DNA of 64,000 bases. Source: Minisyncoccota bacterium. GTDB lineage: Bacteria; Patescibacteriota; Minisyncoccia; Phycocordibacterales; UBA918. This document shows positions 51,317-59,889 of this stretch, one piece after another. The position numbers and the translations under genes were made by a program. Each line of letters opens with the position of its first letter. The first letter of the stretch is position 1. Where the stretch lies: assembly GCA_021734905.1 (NCBI GenBank), contig JAIPIB010000003.1:1334-65333 (forward strand). Reading direction: 5' to 3'. The notes below the pieces were generated by a model, which was not told the origin of the DNA, ran no database searches, and saw only the letters and a list, made by a program, of their open reading frames with translations.

Positions 51317-51943
51317 ATGTATAATAACAAACATGATCTTGAGTTATTTAAAAAACAATTTATCCGGGAAGAACTTGGTATCACCGACGAATACGGAAGC
51401 ATTTTCACATTTATAGACTTCGGAAATGTGAATAAGAAGTTAGAAATCAATATCGCTCTGCTTAAAGACTTTTCATATTATTTTTCATTAAGTACTCGTT
51501 TTTATTACGGACACGACCCAGCGAATATAGGTTCAATGGGGTTTTTAAGAAAGACAAGGGATATTTTTGGAAAGAGCAAGGTTTTTACAAAACCACTCCA
51601 AAAGGTTAGACATCATCTCAAAGACAACGAAAGAGAAACGAACACGCGGAACCTTTTTCATGATACTGACGGTGACTACATTTTGCTTCCTAAATGTAAT
51701 TTTGATGTTGAAATTTCAGTTGATGCAATAAAGCTTTCAGAACACTATGATACATTTTGCCTTTTCTCGGGTGATGCCGATTTTGTATACTTAAATAGCT
51801 ACCTTAGGAATAAAGGAAAGAAAATAATTTTGATTAAAGGAGGGCACATAACTGATAATCTTCGTAAATCTGCAGACAAGGTAATTAATGCTCAGAACAT
51901 TAAAAAATATATTACGCAAACAAAGCAAAAACCTGGCGGTTAG
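51317..51943 (+). CDS. NYN-domain (LabA-like/PIN-like) protein
   Basis: FIDFGNV...CNFDVEISVDAIKL...FCLFSGDADFVYL...KKIILI NYN motifs. Confidence 0.7.
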   Translation: MYNNKHDLELFKKQFIREELGITDEYGSIFTFIDFGNVNKKLEINIALLKDFSYYFSLSTRFYYGHDPANIGSMGFLRKTRDIFGKSKVFTKPLQKVRHHLKDNERETNTRNLFHDTDGDYILLPKCNFDVEISVDAIKLSEHYDTFCLFSGDADFVYLNSYLRNKGKKIILIKGGHITDNLRKSADKVINAQNIKKYITQTKQKPGG

Positions 51944-51953
51944 CCAGGTTTTG
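51927..51953 (+). terminator. rho-independent terminator overlapping the NYN gene stop
   Basis: AAAACCTGGC-GGTTA-GCCAGGTTTTG. Confidence 0.65.
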
Positions 51954-52060
51954 CGGATTGTAAACCCGAATCCTCGGGCAGGTATATACACTATATATAA
52001 GATATGCCGAAATGCAAATGACTTATGGTGGTAATCTGTAGCGTTTCTGACACTTCTTAT

Positions 52061-52089
52061 TTGACACAATAGCTATTACCTAGTATCTA
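52061..52089 (+). promoter_or_regulatory. sigma70-like promoter of topA
   Basis: TTGACA-N17-TATCTA ending 9 nt before the topA ATG. Confidence 0.5.
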
Positions 52090-52097
52090 TTGAGTGC

Positions 52098-54458
52098 ATG
52101 AGCCAAACACTCGTTATTGTTGAATCACCAGCAAAAGCTAAGACTATCGAAAAATACCTTGGTAAAGGCTATACCGTTCGTGCGTCTGTTGGTCACGTTC
52201 GTGACCTTCCTAAAAGTAATAAGGATGCCGTAGATATAGAAGGTGGTTTTATTCCACACTATATTCAATCTTCAGGAAAAGAGAAGGTTATTAAAGAACT
52301 TCGTGCAGAAGCAGGAAAAGCTGACTCTGTTCTCCTTGCAACTGACCCCGACCGTGAGGGCGAGGCAATTGCATGGCACGTTGCGGAACTCATTAAGGAT
52401 GCAAACAAAAATCAGAAGCGTATCGTTTTCCATGAAATCACCGAACCTGCAGTAAATGAAGCTCTAAAACATCCACGCGACATTGACATGCACCTCAAGG
52501 AAGCTCAGGAGGCACGAAGAGTGCTCGACAGACTCGTAGGCTACGATCTCTCTGGCTTAATTTGGAAAAAAGTTCGTTACGGTCTTTCTGCTGGACGAGT
52601 ACAATCACCTGCGCTCCGTATCATTATGGAACGTGAGCGTGAAATCCGTGCATTTATACCAGAAAGTTACTTTGTATTATCTGCTCTTACAAAGACACCC
52701 AGTAAAACCGACCTAGCACTTACTTGTTCTATTGAACCACGAGAAAAAGATGAAGCGGAGCGCATTGTGAAAATTGGAGAGACACATCCATGGGAAATTA
52801 AAAACATAAAGGAAACTGAACAAAAAAGAACTCCACGACCTCCCTTCACGACATCAACACTTCAACAAGTCGCCTCAACGCGCCTTGGCTTTTCTCCTTC
52901 ACGGACAATGGGAGCGGCTCAGAAATTATATGAATCTGGACACATTACATACATGCGTACTGATTCAACAACAATGAGTGCGCTTGCCCAAAAAGAAATA
53001 CTCTCCCTTCTCACGAAGGAATACGGAAAAGAATATGTCACCGCGAGAACATACAAAACAAAAAGTAAATCTGCTCAAGAGGCCCATGAAGCTGTGCGTC
53101 CAAGTAACTTCTCAAAGCGATCTGCTGGAATGACTGACGATCAGAAAAAACTTTATACATTAATATGGGAGCGTGCGGTTTCATCTCAAATGGCAGATGC
53201 TATCGTCAAGCGCACAAAAATAATTGCAAATGTTACCGAATGTTCAGAGACTATTCCTGATTTTTCTACAAACGGTTCACGAATTATGTTCCCCGGATGG
53301 CTTGCTGTAGACACACGTGCGCGCGGAGAAGACACTGAAGTGCCAAAGCTTAATACTGGCGACAAACTCTCACTCACTGAAATGCTTTCAGAAGGAAAAG
53401 AAACTCAGCCACCGAGCCGATATACAGAAGCCGGACTTATCAAAGAACTTGAGAAACGAGGCATTGGAAGACCGTCAACGTATGCATCTATCATGAAGAC
53501 AATTATTGATCGTGGCTACGTAGAGAAAGTTGGAAAGACACTTACTCCAACAGACACTGGCGATCTAGTCTCTTCATTTCTTGAAGAACACTTCGCAAAA
53601 TATATTGGTGATGATTTTACAAGCGAAATGGAAAACGAGCTCGACGAGATCGCAAACGGTACGCGTGGCTACACCGAAACACTCACTGAATTTTATACTC
53701 CTTTTAGTGCTGCTGTGGCTGCCAAAGAACACATTGATAAAATTACAAATCTCGGCGCAGGTCCGGAGGAATTCCCCTGCCCGACATGCGGAAGTGGAAT
53801 GGTCATCAAGCTTGGACGTGGCGGTAAATTTCTTTCATGCGATACCTACCCAGTATGTGACGGAGCAAGAATGATTGATGGTTCTCAAATAAAAGATGAC
53901 GAGCCACTTGGAAGACATCCAGAAACTGGTGAAGATATCTTTCTTCTCAATGGACGCTTCGGTCCGTATGTACAACTGGGACCTACTCCAGAAAAAATAA
54001 AAGGTAAAAAGTCCATAACGCCAAAGCGAGCGAGTGTTCCAAAAGAAAAATCTGTTGCTGATGTCACTCTTGAAGATGCGGTTCATTATCTAATCTTGCC
54101 TCGTGAACTCGGTCTTCATCCAGAAACACAAGAACCCATCATTGCAAATACTGGACGCTTCGGTCCATACATTGGCCATGTTGGCGATTTTCGTTCACTG
54201 AAAGGTGATGATACGCCATATATCATCAGTTTCGAACGTGCTCTAGAAATACTTAAGGAACCGAAGAAAATGCGCTCCGGCGAAAAACTACTCAAGGAAG
54301 TAGGGCTTCATCCAAAAACAAAGAAAATGTTGAAGGTTTTTGAATCAAAGTCAGGACGATATATGAAACGTGGTTTTGCTCGAATATGGCTCCCTGACGA
54401 AACAGATGTCGCCAAATTTTCTGTTGAAGATGCACTAGCTCTTCTTACTAAAAAATAG
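52098..54458 (+). CDS. topA: DNA topoisomerase I
   Basis: 786 aa; Toprim N-terminus (LVIVESPAKAKTIEKYLG), catalytic Tyr region, C-terminal Zn-ribbon (CPTCGSG...CDTYPVCDG). Confidence 0.95.
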   Translation: MSQTLVIVESPAKAKTIEKYLGKGYTVRASVGHVRDLPKSNKDAVDIEGGFIPHYIQSSGKEKVIKELRAEAGKADSVLLATDPDREGEAIAWHVAELIKDANKNQKRIVFHEITEPAVNEALKHPRDIDMHLKEAQEARRVLDRLVGYDLSGLIWKKVRYGLSAGRVQSPALRIIMEREREIRAFIPESYFVLSALTKTPSKTDLALTCSIEPREKDEAERIVKIGETHPWEIKNIKETEQKRTPRPPFTTSTLQQVASTRLGFSPSRTMGAAQKLYESGHITYMRTDSTTMSALAQKEILSLLTKEYGKEYVTARTYKTKSKSAQEAHEAVRPSNFSKRSAGMTDDQKKLYTLIWERAVSSQMADAIVKRTKIIANVTECSETIPDFSTNGSRIMFPGWLAVDTRARGEDTEVPKLNTGDKLSLTEMLSEGKETQPPSRYTEAGLIKELEKRGIGRPSTYASIMKTIIDRGYVEKVGKTLTPTDTGDLVSSFLEEHFAKYIGDDFTSEMENELDEIANGTRGYTETLTEFYTPFSAAVAAKEHIDKITNLGAGPEEFPCPTCGSGMVIKLGRGGKFLSCDTYPVCDGARMIDGSQIKDDEPLGRHPETGEDIFLLNGRFGPYVQLGPTPEKIKGKKSITPKRASVPKEKSVADVTLEDAVHYLILPRELGLHPETQEPIIANTGRFGPYIGHVGDFRSLKGDDTPYIISFERALEILKEPKKMRSGEKLLKEVGLHPKTKKMLKVFESKSGRYMKRGFARIWLPDETDVAKFSVEDALALLTKK

Positions 54459-54490
54459 AGACGTTTGTTATCTTTGCAACTGGATGTAGA

Positions 54491-56077
54491 ATGGGTTACA
54501 TGACTACCGAAGATGTTCAAAAAATCACTCAGCACATGTACTCACCGAGTACTGCAGATATTGAACTAATCACAAAAGCATATGATGTTGCTGAGCAAGC
54601 GCACGAAGGACGGTTTCGATACTCGGGTAAGCCCTATTTGTCTCATTTAACTGAGACAGCTCGAATGCTTGCAGAAATTGGTATGGGGGCGCACACCATT
54701 GCAGCTGGACTTCTTCATGACACTATCGAAGATACCGACCTAACTCCTGAAGAACTTCAAAAGGAATTCGGAGATGAAATATTTTTCCTTGTTCAAGGAG
54801 TAACAAAGCTTGGTTCTGTTCGTTATTACGGAAGCGACCGTCACAACGAGAGTTTACGTAAACTCTTTGTAGCAACGAGTCAAGACATTCGTGTTTTAAT
54901 TATCAAACTCATAGATCGTCTGCATAACATGCAGACGCTCCAGTATGTACCAAAAGAAAAACAACTCCGTATAGCGAGAGAAACTCTGGAAATCTATGTC
55001 CCCGTAACACACCGACTAGGAATGGGTCGAATCCGAAAAGAACTTGAGGATTTAGCATTTCCCTATGTATACCCCGAAGAATTCAAGAAGATTACTGACC
55101 TCACAAAGCATATTGTAAAGAAGAGTGAGGTTGACCTTGAAAAATCACGAAAAACATTACAAAAGAGACTTGCTGAGGCTGGCATTCGCGATTTTCATAC
55201 CTCATACCGTGCAAAGGGAATGTATAGCCTCTACCAAAAACTCAAGCGAAGGGAGTGGGACATGGACAATATCCATGATTTTTTAGCAATCCGCATCGTT
55301 GTTCCAAGCATTGAGCAGTGCTATCAAGTACTTGGTATTGTCCATGAATTATGGAGACCTCTTCCGCAGCGTGTAAAAGATTATATTGCTTTTCCAAAAC
55401 CTAACGGTTACCAGTCTCTTCATACAACTGTCATTACTACAAATAGTACGATTCTCGAGGTGCAAATTCGTACAAAAGCTATGCATAGTGAGGCTGAATA
55501 TGGGATTGCATCTCATATTATGTACAAAAATATCCAACAAGGAAAAAAAGAAACAATATCAGGAGGTGCTAAATCTTGGTTTAGCACACTTGTACCATCA
55601 CTTTTTCGTCCTTTTATATGGAGAGCCTCGAAGAATGCTGAAACACAAACGCAAATGATTAAGGAGGAACACGAGCACAAACAAAAAATTCCTCATTGGA
55701 TACAAGAAATTGCAAGTGCTCACACGACAAATGACAGCTCAAACGAATTTTTTGATGGACTTAAGGATGATTTTTTCTCCTATCGGATATTCGTATTCAC
55801 TCCTGAAGGAGATGTTGTCGACCTCCCTGTTGGCGCTTCACCAATTGATTTTGCGTATGCTATTCATTCAGACATTGGTGACCACACTTCAGGAGCAAAG
55901 GTGAACAATAAACTTGTTGAACTTGATACAAAACTTAATAATGGTGACATCGTAGAAATTATTAAAAATAAATCAAACAAGCCAACCCAAAAATGGCTTT
56001 CATATGCCAAAACATCACTTGCACGCAGGAGAATTCGCACAGCTCTCACCTCACAAAATGAGGTTCATCATAAGTAA
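54491..56077 (+). CDS. rel: short bifunctional RelA/SpoT homologue (HD hydrolase + synthetase + TGS; no ACT/RRM)
   Basis: HD (AAGLLHDTIEDT), synthetase core (YRAKGMYSLYQKL...LAIRIVV...GYQSLHTTV), TGS (IFVFTPEGDVVDLPVGASPIDFAYAIHSDIG). Confidence 0.85.
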   Translation: MGYMTTEDVQKITQHMYSPSTADIELITKAYDVAEQAHEGRFRYSGKPYLSHLTETARMLAEIGMGAHTIAAGLLHDTIEDTDLTPEELQKEFGDEIFFLVQGVTKLGSVRYYGSDRHNESLRKLFVATSQDIRVLIIKLIDRLHNMQTLQYVPKEKQLRIARETLEIYVPVTHRLGMGRIRKELEDLAFPYVYPEEFKKITDLTKHIVKKSEVDLEKSRKTLQKRLAEAGIRDFHTSYRAKGMYSLYQKLKRREWDMDNIHDFLAIRIVVPSIEQCYQVLGIVHELWRPLPQRVKDYIAFPKPNGYQSLHTTVITTNSTILEVQIRTKAMHSEAEYGIASHIMYKNIQQGKKETISGGAKSWFSTLVPSLFRPFIWRASKNAETQTQMIKEEHEHKQKIPHWIQEIASAHTTNDSSNEFFDGLKDDFFSYRIFVFTPEGDVVDLPVGASPIDFAYAIHSDIGDHTSGAKVNNKLVELDTKLNNGDIVEIIKNKSNKPTQKWLSYAKTSLARRRIRTALTSQNEVHHK

Positions 56078-56298
56078 AAAAATGAGCTGCGTACCAAAAT
56101 CGATTAGAACTCCCATACAACCTCCTTTTAATGTTTGTCCGCACCGCCAACCAATTGCTTGAGTGCAAGATATTTTATATGAATCACATTAAAAATGTTT
56201 TTCCTTAGCCACACAGATGATGTGGCACTTCAAAGAACTTCACACATTATGCATAAATTATTGAATAACTCAATTATTTACCAGTATCCGACTTTTTA

Positions 56299-57507
56299 CT
56301 ATAGTGAAAAATTCTTTATAGAATACATATCTGAAGAGTCATCTTCTTCTGATTGTGCCTGGATGGTTTGAGGGTTACTTTCTTCAATTCTTTGATTTTG
56401 AACTGCTTGCTGAATAGGTTCCGACTCTGTCAATTGATATTCTGTTTCAATCAAATCATCTTCTATTTCAGTACCTTCTGGGACCTCAAGTGTGTCATGT
56501 CGAGTATACACATCCTCATCAACTGGAGCCTCTGCAAGTAATTCTTCTTCAGGATTATTAAGTACTGGTATTTCATCATTGGGTTTAATTTCCGGAGTCG
56601 GGACTTCATCTGCACTCACAAGTGGCGTTGCTGCTGTGACATGCGCAAGAATTTTTCTATCAGTATTTCCATTAGCAGATTCAGCTTTATGCACCATTTC
56701 AAGTAACTTTCGAAGATCCTCTGGTGCAAAGTAGTCAATAGTAAGTTTACCGCCAAAATCAGTTTTAAGAATTTGTACTCGTGTTCCGAATGTTTCTGTA
56801 AATTGTCTTTCAATTTCGATAAGTTCTGGATCAGAATTTTGCCAGTCCTTCTTCCGAACTTTATCAGATGCTATTTTTCGAGTAATACGCTCCACCTCAC
56901 GCACAGAAAGTTTTTTGAGTAGAATCTCTCGAAAAACAACATCTTGTTCTACTTGTCTATCGTTAAGCATAAGTAGCGTTCTTGCGTGTCCGTCAGAGAT
57001 ATCGTTCACTCGTAATGCGTTTAGAATCACTTCCGGAAGTCCGAGAAGTCGGATTGAGTTAGATACATATTCACGACTACGTCCAACCTTTTGTGCAACT
57101 TGTGCATGTGAGAGGCCGAATTTTTCAGAAAGTTGCTTAAACGCGAGAGCGCGGTCGACCGCATTAAGATCCTCTCGTTGTAAATTCTCGATAATTGCAA
57201 GCTCAAGCTTCATGAGCTGCGACTCCTCACCAGAACGGATAATAACCGGCACTTGAGCAAGGCCAGCTAGTTTTGAAGCTCGAAGTCTCCGTTCTCCAGC
57301 AATAAGTTCATACTCAGTAGAAAAAGCTCCGTTCTCGGCCATTATCTCCCGGCGAGTTACAACGAGTGGTTGCAAGATCCCGTACATTCGAATCGATTCA
57401 GAGAGCTCCTGAAGTTTATTTGGATCAAATTCACGACGTGGTTGGAATGGATTTGGAACAACTTTTTCCACCTCAATCCAAAAAATTGAATTACTTTCGT
57501 ATGCCAT
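56299..57507 (-). CDS. ParB/Spo0J-like protein with long acidic C-terminal tail (orphan; no parA adjacent)
   Basis: ParB box FQPRREF...GILQPLVV...YELIAGERRLRASKLAG, HTH LSHAQVAQKVGRSREYVSNSIRLL. Start set to the internal Met at 57507 because the longer ORF overlaps the tRNA-like element. Confidence 0.7.
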   Translation of the reverse strand: MAYESNSIFWIEVEKVVPNPFQPRREFDPNKLQELSESIRMYGILQPLVVTRREIMAENGAFSTEYELIAGERRLRASKLAGLAQVPVIIRSGEESQLMKLELAIIENLQREDLNAVDRALAFKQLSEKFGLSHAQVAQKVGRSREYVSNSIRLLGLPEVILNALRVNDISDGHARTLLMLNDRQVEQDVVFREILLKKLSVREVERITRKIASDKVRKKDWQNSDPELIEIERQFTETFGTRVQILKTDFGGKLTIDYFAPEDLRKLLEMVHKAESANGNTDRKILAHVTAATPLVSADEVPTPEIKPNDEIPVLNNPEEELLAEAPVDEDVYTRHDTLEVPEGTEIEDDLIETEYQLTESEPIQQAVQNQRIEESNPQTIQAQSEEDDSSDMYSIKNFSL

Positions 57508-57583
57508 AGCGACATTGTAGCATATGATATATTCCCAGCCTGTGTATAATTTGATACACTTCGGATGACGTTCTTCCCAGTGT

Positions 57584-57713
57584 GCCGGGATGGCGGAATT
57601 GGTATACCGTGAATCAGTGCCCCGCACTGATTCACCAACTCAAAATCGTGTATCGAAAGGTTTGAGGGCTGAAACAATATGGGGTATTGTTTCAGGAGGT
57701 TGTCGAGATTTTA
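57584..57713 (+). other. degenerate partial copy of tRNA-Leu (5' two-thirds) interrupted by two perfect 27-nt hairpins, ending in conserved AGGAGGTTGTCGAGATTT
   Basis: GCCGGGATGGCGGAATTGGTATAC matches tRNA-Leu positions 1-24 (21/24); AACTCAAAATCGTGT matches the anticodon loop region; AAGGTTTGAGGG matches variable/T-stem; hairpins at 57609-57635 and 57669-57695; no 3' acceptor complement found. Confidence 0.7.
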
Positions 57714-57730
57714 TTATTCGTGTTCATAGT

Positions 57731-57812
57731 GCTGGAGTGGCGGAATTGGTATACGCGCGCGACTCAAAATCGCGTTCCGCAAGGATTGAGGGTTCAAGTC
57801 CCTCCTCCAGCA
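57731..57812 (+). tRNA. tRNA-Leu (anticodon CAA), type II
   Basis: acceptor GCTGGAG/CTCCAGC, D-arm GCGGAATTGGTATACGC, anticodon stem CGCGA/TCGCG with loop CTCAAAA, 13-nt variable arm, T-arm GAGGG-TTCAAGT-CCCTC, discriminator A. Confidence 0.85.
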
Positions 57813-57963
57813 CTGTGAACGAGAATTAAAAAAAATTATACAACCTGAACAGAATTCGTAGAATTCAAGTCCCTCTCCCGGCACAGCGCTTCTTAACTAA
57901 GTATCTATCCCTGAATACAAAAAACCCGTCGTAAAGTACGGGTTTTTCGTACTGCGACGGATT

Positions 57964-58569
57964 CTACCTTCTGCAAAGCATGTTATATGTTTGAGCTGAC
58001 TTTCTCTCCCTAAGCCATGTACCAACGGACTCATTGCCGACAGCAATTTCATTAGTGGTCGCCCAATCCAAACCAGTTTTGCCATGACGAAAAAGACAAT
58101 GGCCAAAACGTGCAACATCAAACTTGCCGTCACAAGGCTCAACAACTTTCTCAATTGCAAAATATGGCTGAAAGCTATTTCGGCGATATCGCAGCTTGAG
58201 GGTAATTTCCGAAAGAACAGGGACAAGGACCTTATTTGGAGTGACGGTATAGATGAGCTCTGTTCCTCCTTTTTCCTCGGGAACTTCTTCAATCTGACCG
58301 TCAGCAATACGGGCAACAGAAACCCAATGCACGGTCTCTGCTACCATCTCTGACCCATGAGCAAAGCTATGAAAGCCACTTGGGACTTTAGAGATGAATT
58401 TGTGATACGCAAGAATAAGTTCCCCAGAAAATTTACGCACAGCGGGTGCAAAAACAGTTCGAACCAATCTTCTCTGAAGTCCGTCGCGCAATCCTGCGAT
58501 AGGCTTTTCCGCAGAGTCCCAAATTTGTTTTAAGACGAGTACTTCTGGCGTACTTGTTGTGATAATCAC
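57964..58569 (-). CDS. hypothetical protein
   Basis: 201-aa ORF divergent from miaA; not confidently assigned. Confidence 0.4.
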   Translation of the reverse strand: MIITTSTPEVLVLKQIWDSAEKPIAGLRDGLQRRLVRTVFAPAVRKFSGELILAYHKFISKVPSGFHSFAHGSEMVAETVHWVSVARIADGQIEEVPEEKGGTELIYTVTPNKVLVPVLSEITLKLRYRRNSFQPYFAIEKVVEPCDGKFDVARFGHCLFRHGKTGLDWATTNEIAVGNESVGTWLRERKSAQTYNMLCRR

Positions 58570-58705
58570 GGATCACCTCCATTTGTTTAATTTGAGAAAT
58601 AGCAAGACCTCAATCCAAGTCAAATCCTACGCTATCCGTGTACAAATGCAAATTCATCCTCACACACGCGTTACAAGCACACCTAAATATGATATACCTG
58701 CACTC

Positions 58706-59596
58706 ATGAGCAAGTCAAAAGTATTAGTTATAGTAGGACCTACAGCATCGGGGAAGACTTCCCTTTCTATATCTCTCGCCAAAAAATTTGACGGTGAGAT
58801 TACTTCTGCTGACTCACGACAAGTTTATAAGGGGCTTGATATAGGAACTGGCAAGGTTACTAAGGGTGAAATGGAGGGTGTTCCACATCATCTTCTTGAT
58901 GTAGTATGCCCTGAAGAAACCTATACCGTCGCGGACTTCGTCCGCGACGGTCGAAATGCCATTACTGACATACACTCTCGTGGGAGACTTCCCATAATTG
59001 TCGGTGGAACATTTTTTTATGTTGATGCTCTTTTGGGTAAAATTGTTACACCAGAAGTTCCACCAAATCAAAAACTGCGAGCTGAGCTAGAGGATTGCTC
59101 GAATGAAGATCTTTTTTTAAGATTACAAGAAAAAGATCCTAAGCGGTCAAAAAACATTGACCAGCACAACGGCCGGAGACTCATCCGTGCACTTGAGATC
59201 GTGGATTCGCTAGGCTCTGTCCCAAAGATCCATGTTGAAGAACTTTATGATGTGCTCACGCTTGGTATCGCGATTAATCGCGATACCCTCAAAGAAAATA
59301 TCCACACTCGTCTTGCTGACCGATTAAAAACAGGAATGCTTGAGGAAGTTACTGAGCTACATAAGGCAGGACTTTCATACGAAAGACTTTCAGAGCTTGG
59401 AATTGAATATCAATACCTCAGTAAATTTATACAAGGAAATATTTCAGAAGATGAAATGCGACAACAAATTGAAACAAAAAGTTGGCAATACGCAAAACGT
59501 CAAATGATGTGGCTAAAGCGAGACAAGACGATACAATGGGTGAAATTGGATGAATTGGAAAAAATTGATACGTTAGTAAATAAATTTTTAAGATAG
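58706..59596 (+). CDS. miaA: tRNA dimethylallyltransferase
   Basis: P-loop VLVIVGPTASGKTSLSISLA then DSRQVYKGLDIGT. The ORF-track start at 58559 is an upstream in-frame extension; Met at 58706 is the likely start. Confidence 0.85.
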   Translation: MSKSKVLVIVGPTASGKTSLSISLAKKFDGEITSADSRQVYKGLDIGTGKVTKGEMEGVPHHLLDVVCPEETYTVADFVRDGRNAITDIHSRGRLPIIVGGTFFYVDALLGKIVTPEVPPNQKLRAELEDCSNEDLFLRLQEKDPKRSKNIDQHNGRRLIRALEIVDSLGSVPKIHVEELYDVLTLGIAINRDTLKENIHTRLADRLKTGMLEEVTELHKAGLSYERLSELGIEYQYLSKFIQGNISEDEMRQQIETKSWQYAKRQMMWLKRDKTIQWVKLDELEKIDTLVNKFLR

Positions 59597-59710
59597 ATGT
59601 TTTTTTAATACACTCTACGTCACGAGTTGCTAAACAAATTGCTTCGCAAACCTGTAATTTGTTAAGCACTCTCGACCCCGACTCGCTTGCCTACCGGCAT
59701 CGCTTCGTCT

Positions 59711-59772
59711 CCCGCAGAGGTAAAAGAAAAAGAGCATGCAAATGCATGCTCTTTTTCTTTTACCTCTGCGGG
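59711..59772. terminator. 62-nt perfect palindrome (29-bp arms) abutting and overlapping the 3' end of tRNA-Trp; bidirectional terminator candidate between miaA and tRNA-Trp
   Basis: CCCGCAGAGGTAAAAGAAAAAGAGCATGC-AAAT-GCATGCTCTTTTTCTTTTACCTCTGCGGG; last 4 nt overlap the tRNA acceptor 3' end. Confidence 0.7.
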
Positions 59773-59839
59773 CCCACGTGGAATCGAACCACGGCCACTG
59801 GTTTTGGAGACCAGCATTCTACCTCTAAACTATAGGCCC
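59769..59839 (-). tRNA. tRNA-Trp (anticodon CCA)
   Basis: minus-strand cloverleaf: acceptor GGGCCTA/TGGGCCC, anticodon stem CTGGT/ACCAG with loop CTCCAAA, T-arm CGTGG-TTCGATT-CCACG, discriminator G. Confidence 0.8.
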
Positions 59840-59889
59840 AGACGTCAACCATAGTACGGGAAACGGATACTATGGTCAACGGAAGACTC

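Noticed and set aside
50712-51416. 234-aa + strand ORF and 123-aa minus ORF (50725..51096) across the PEP-enzyme N-terminus
   Set aside because: Antisense to, or in alternative frames of, the clearly homologous ATP-grasp domain; Ser/Arg-rich junk translation.
57508-57627. 40-aa N-terminal extension of the ParB-like ORF
   Set aside because: Overlaps the tRNA-Leu pseudo-copy; the ParB homology begins after the internal Met, which has a reasonable context.
57590-57829. 79-aa + strand ORF
   Set aside because: Spans the tRNA-Leu pseudo-copy and the intact tRNA-Leu; not coding.
57897-58316. 139-aa ORF in an alternative frame overlapping the 201-aa minus-strand ORF
   Set aside because: Shorter, a low-complexity translation; the 57964..58569 frame is the longer uninterrupted one and abuts the miaA divergent promoter.
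58559-58705. 49-aa N-terminal extension of miaA
   Set aside because: MiaA homology and P-loop begin right after the Met at 58706; the extension would overlap the divergent gene start region.
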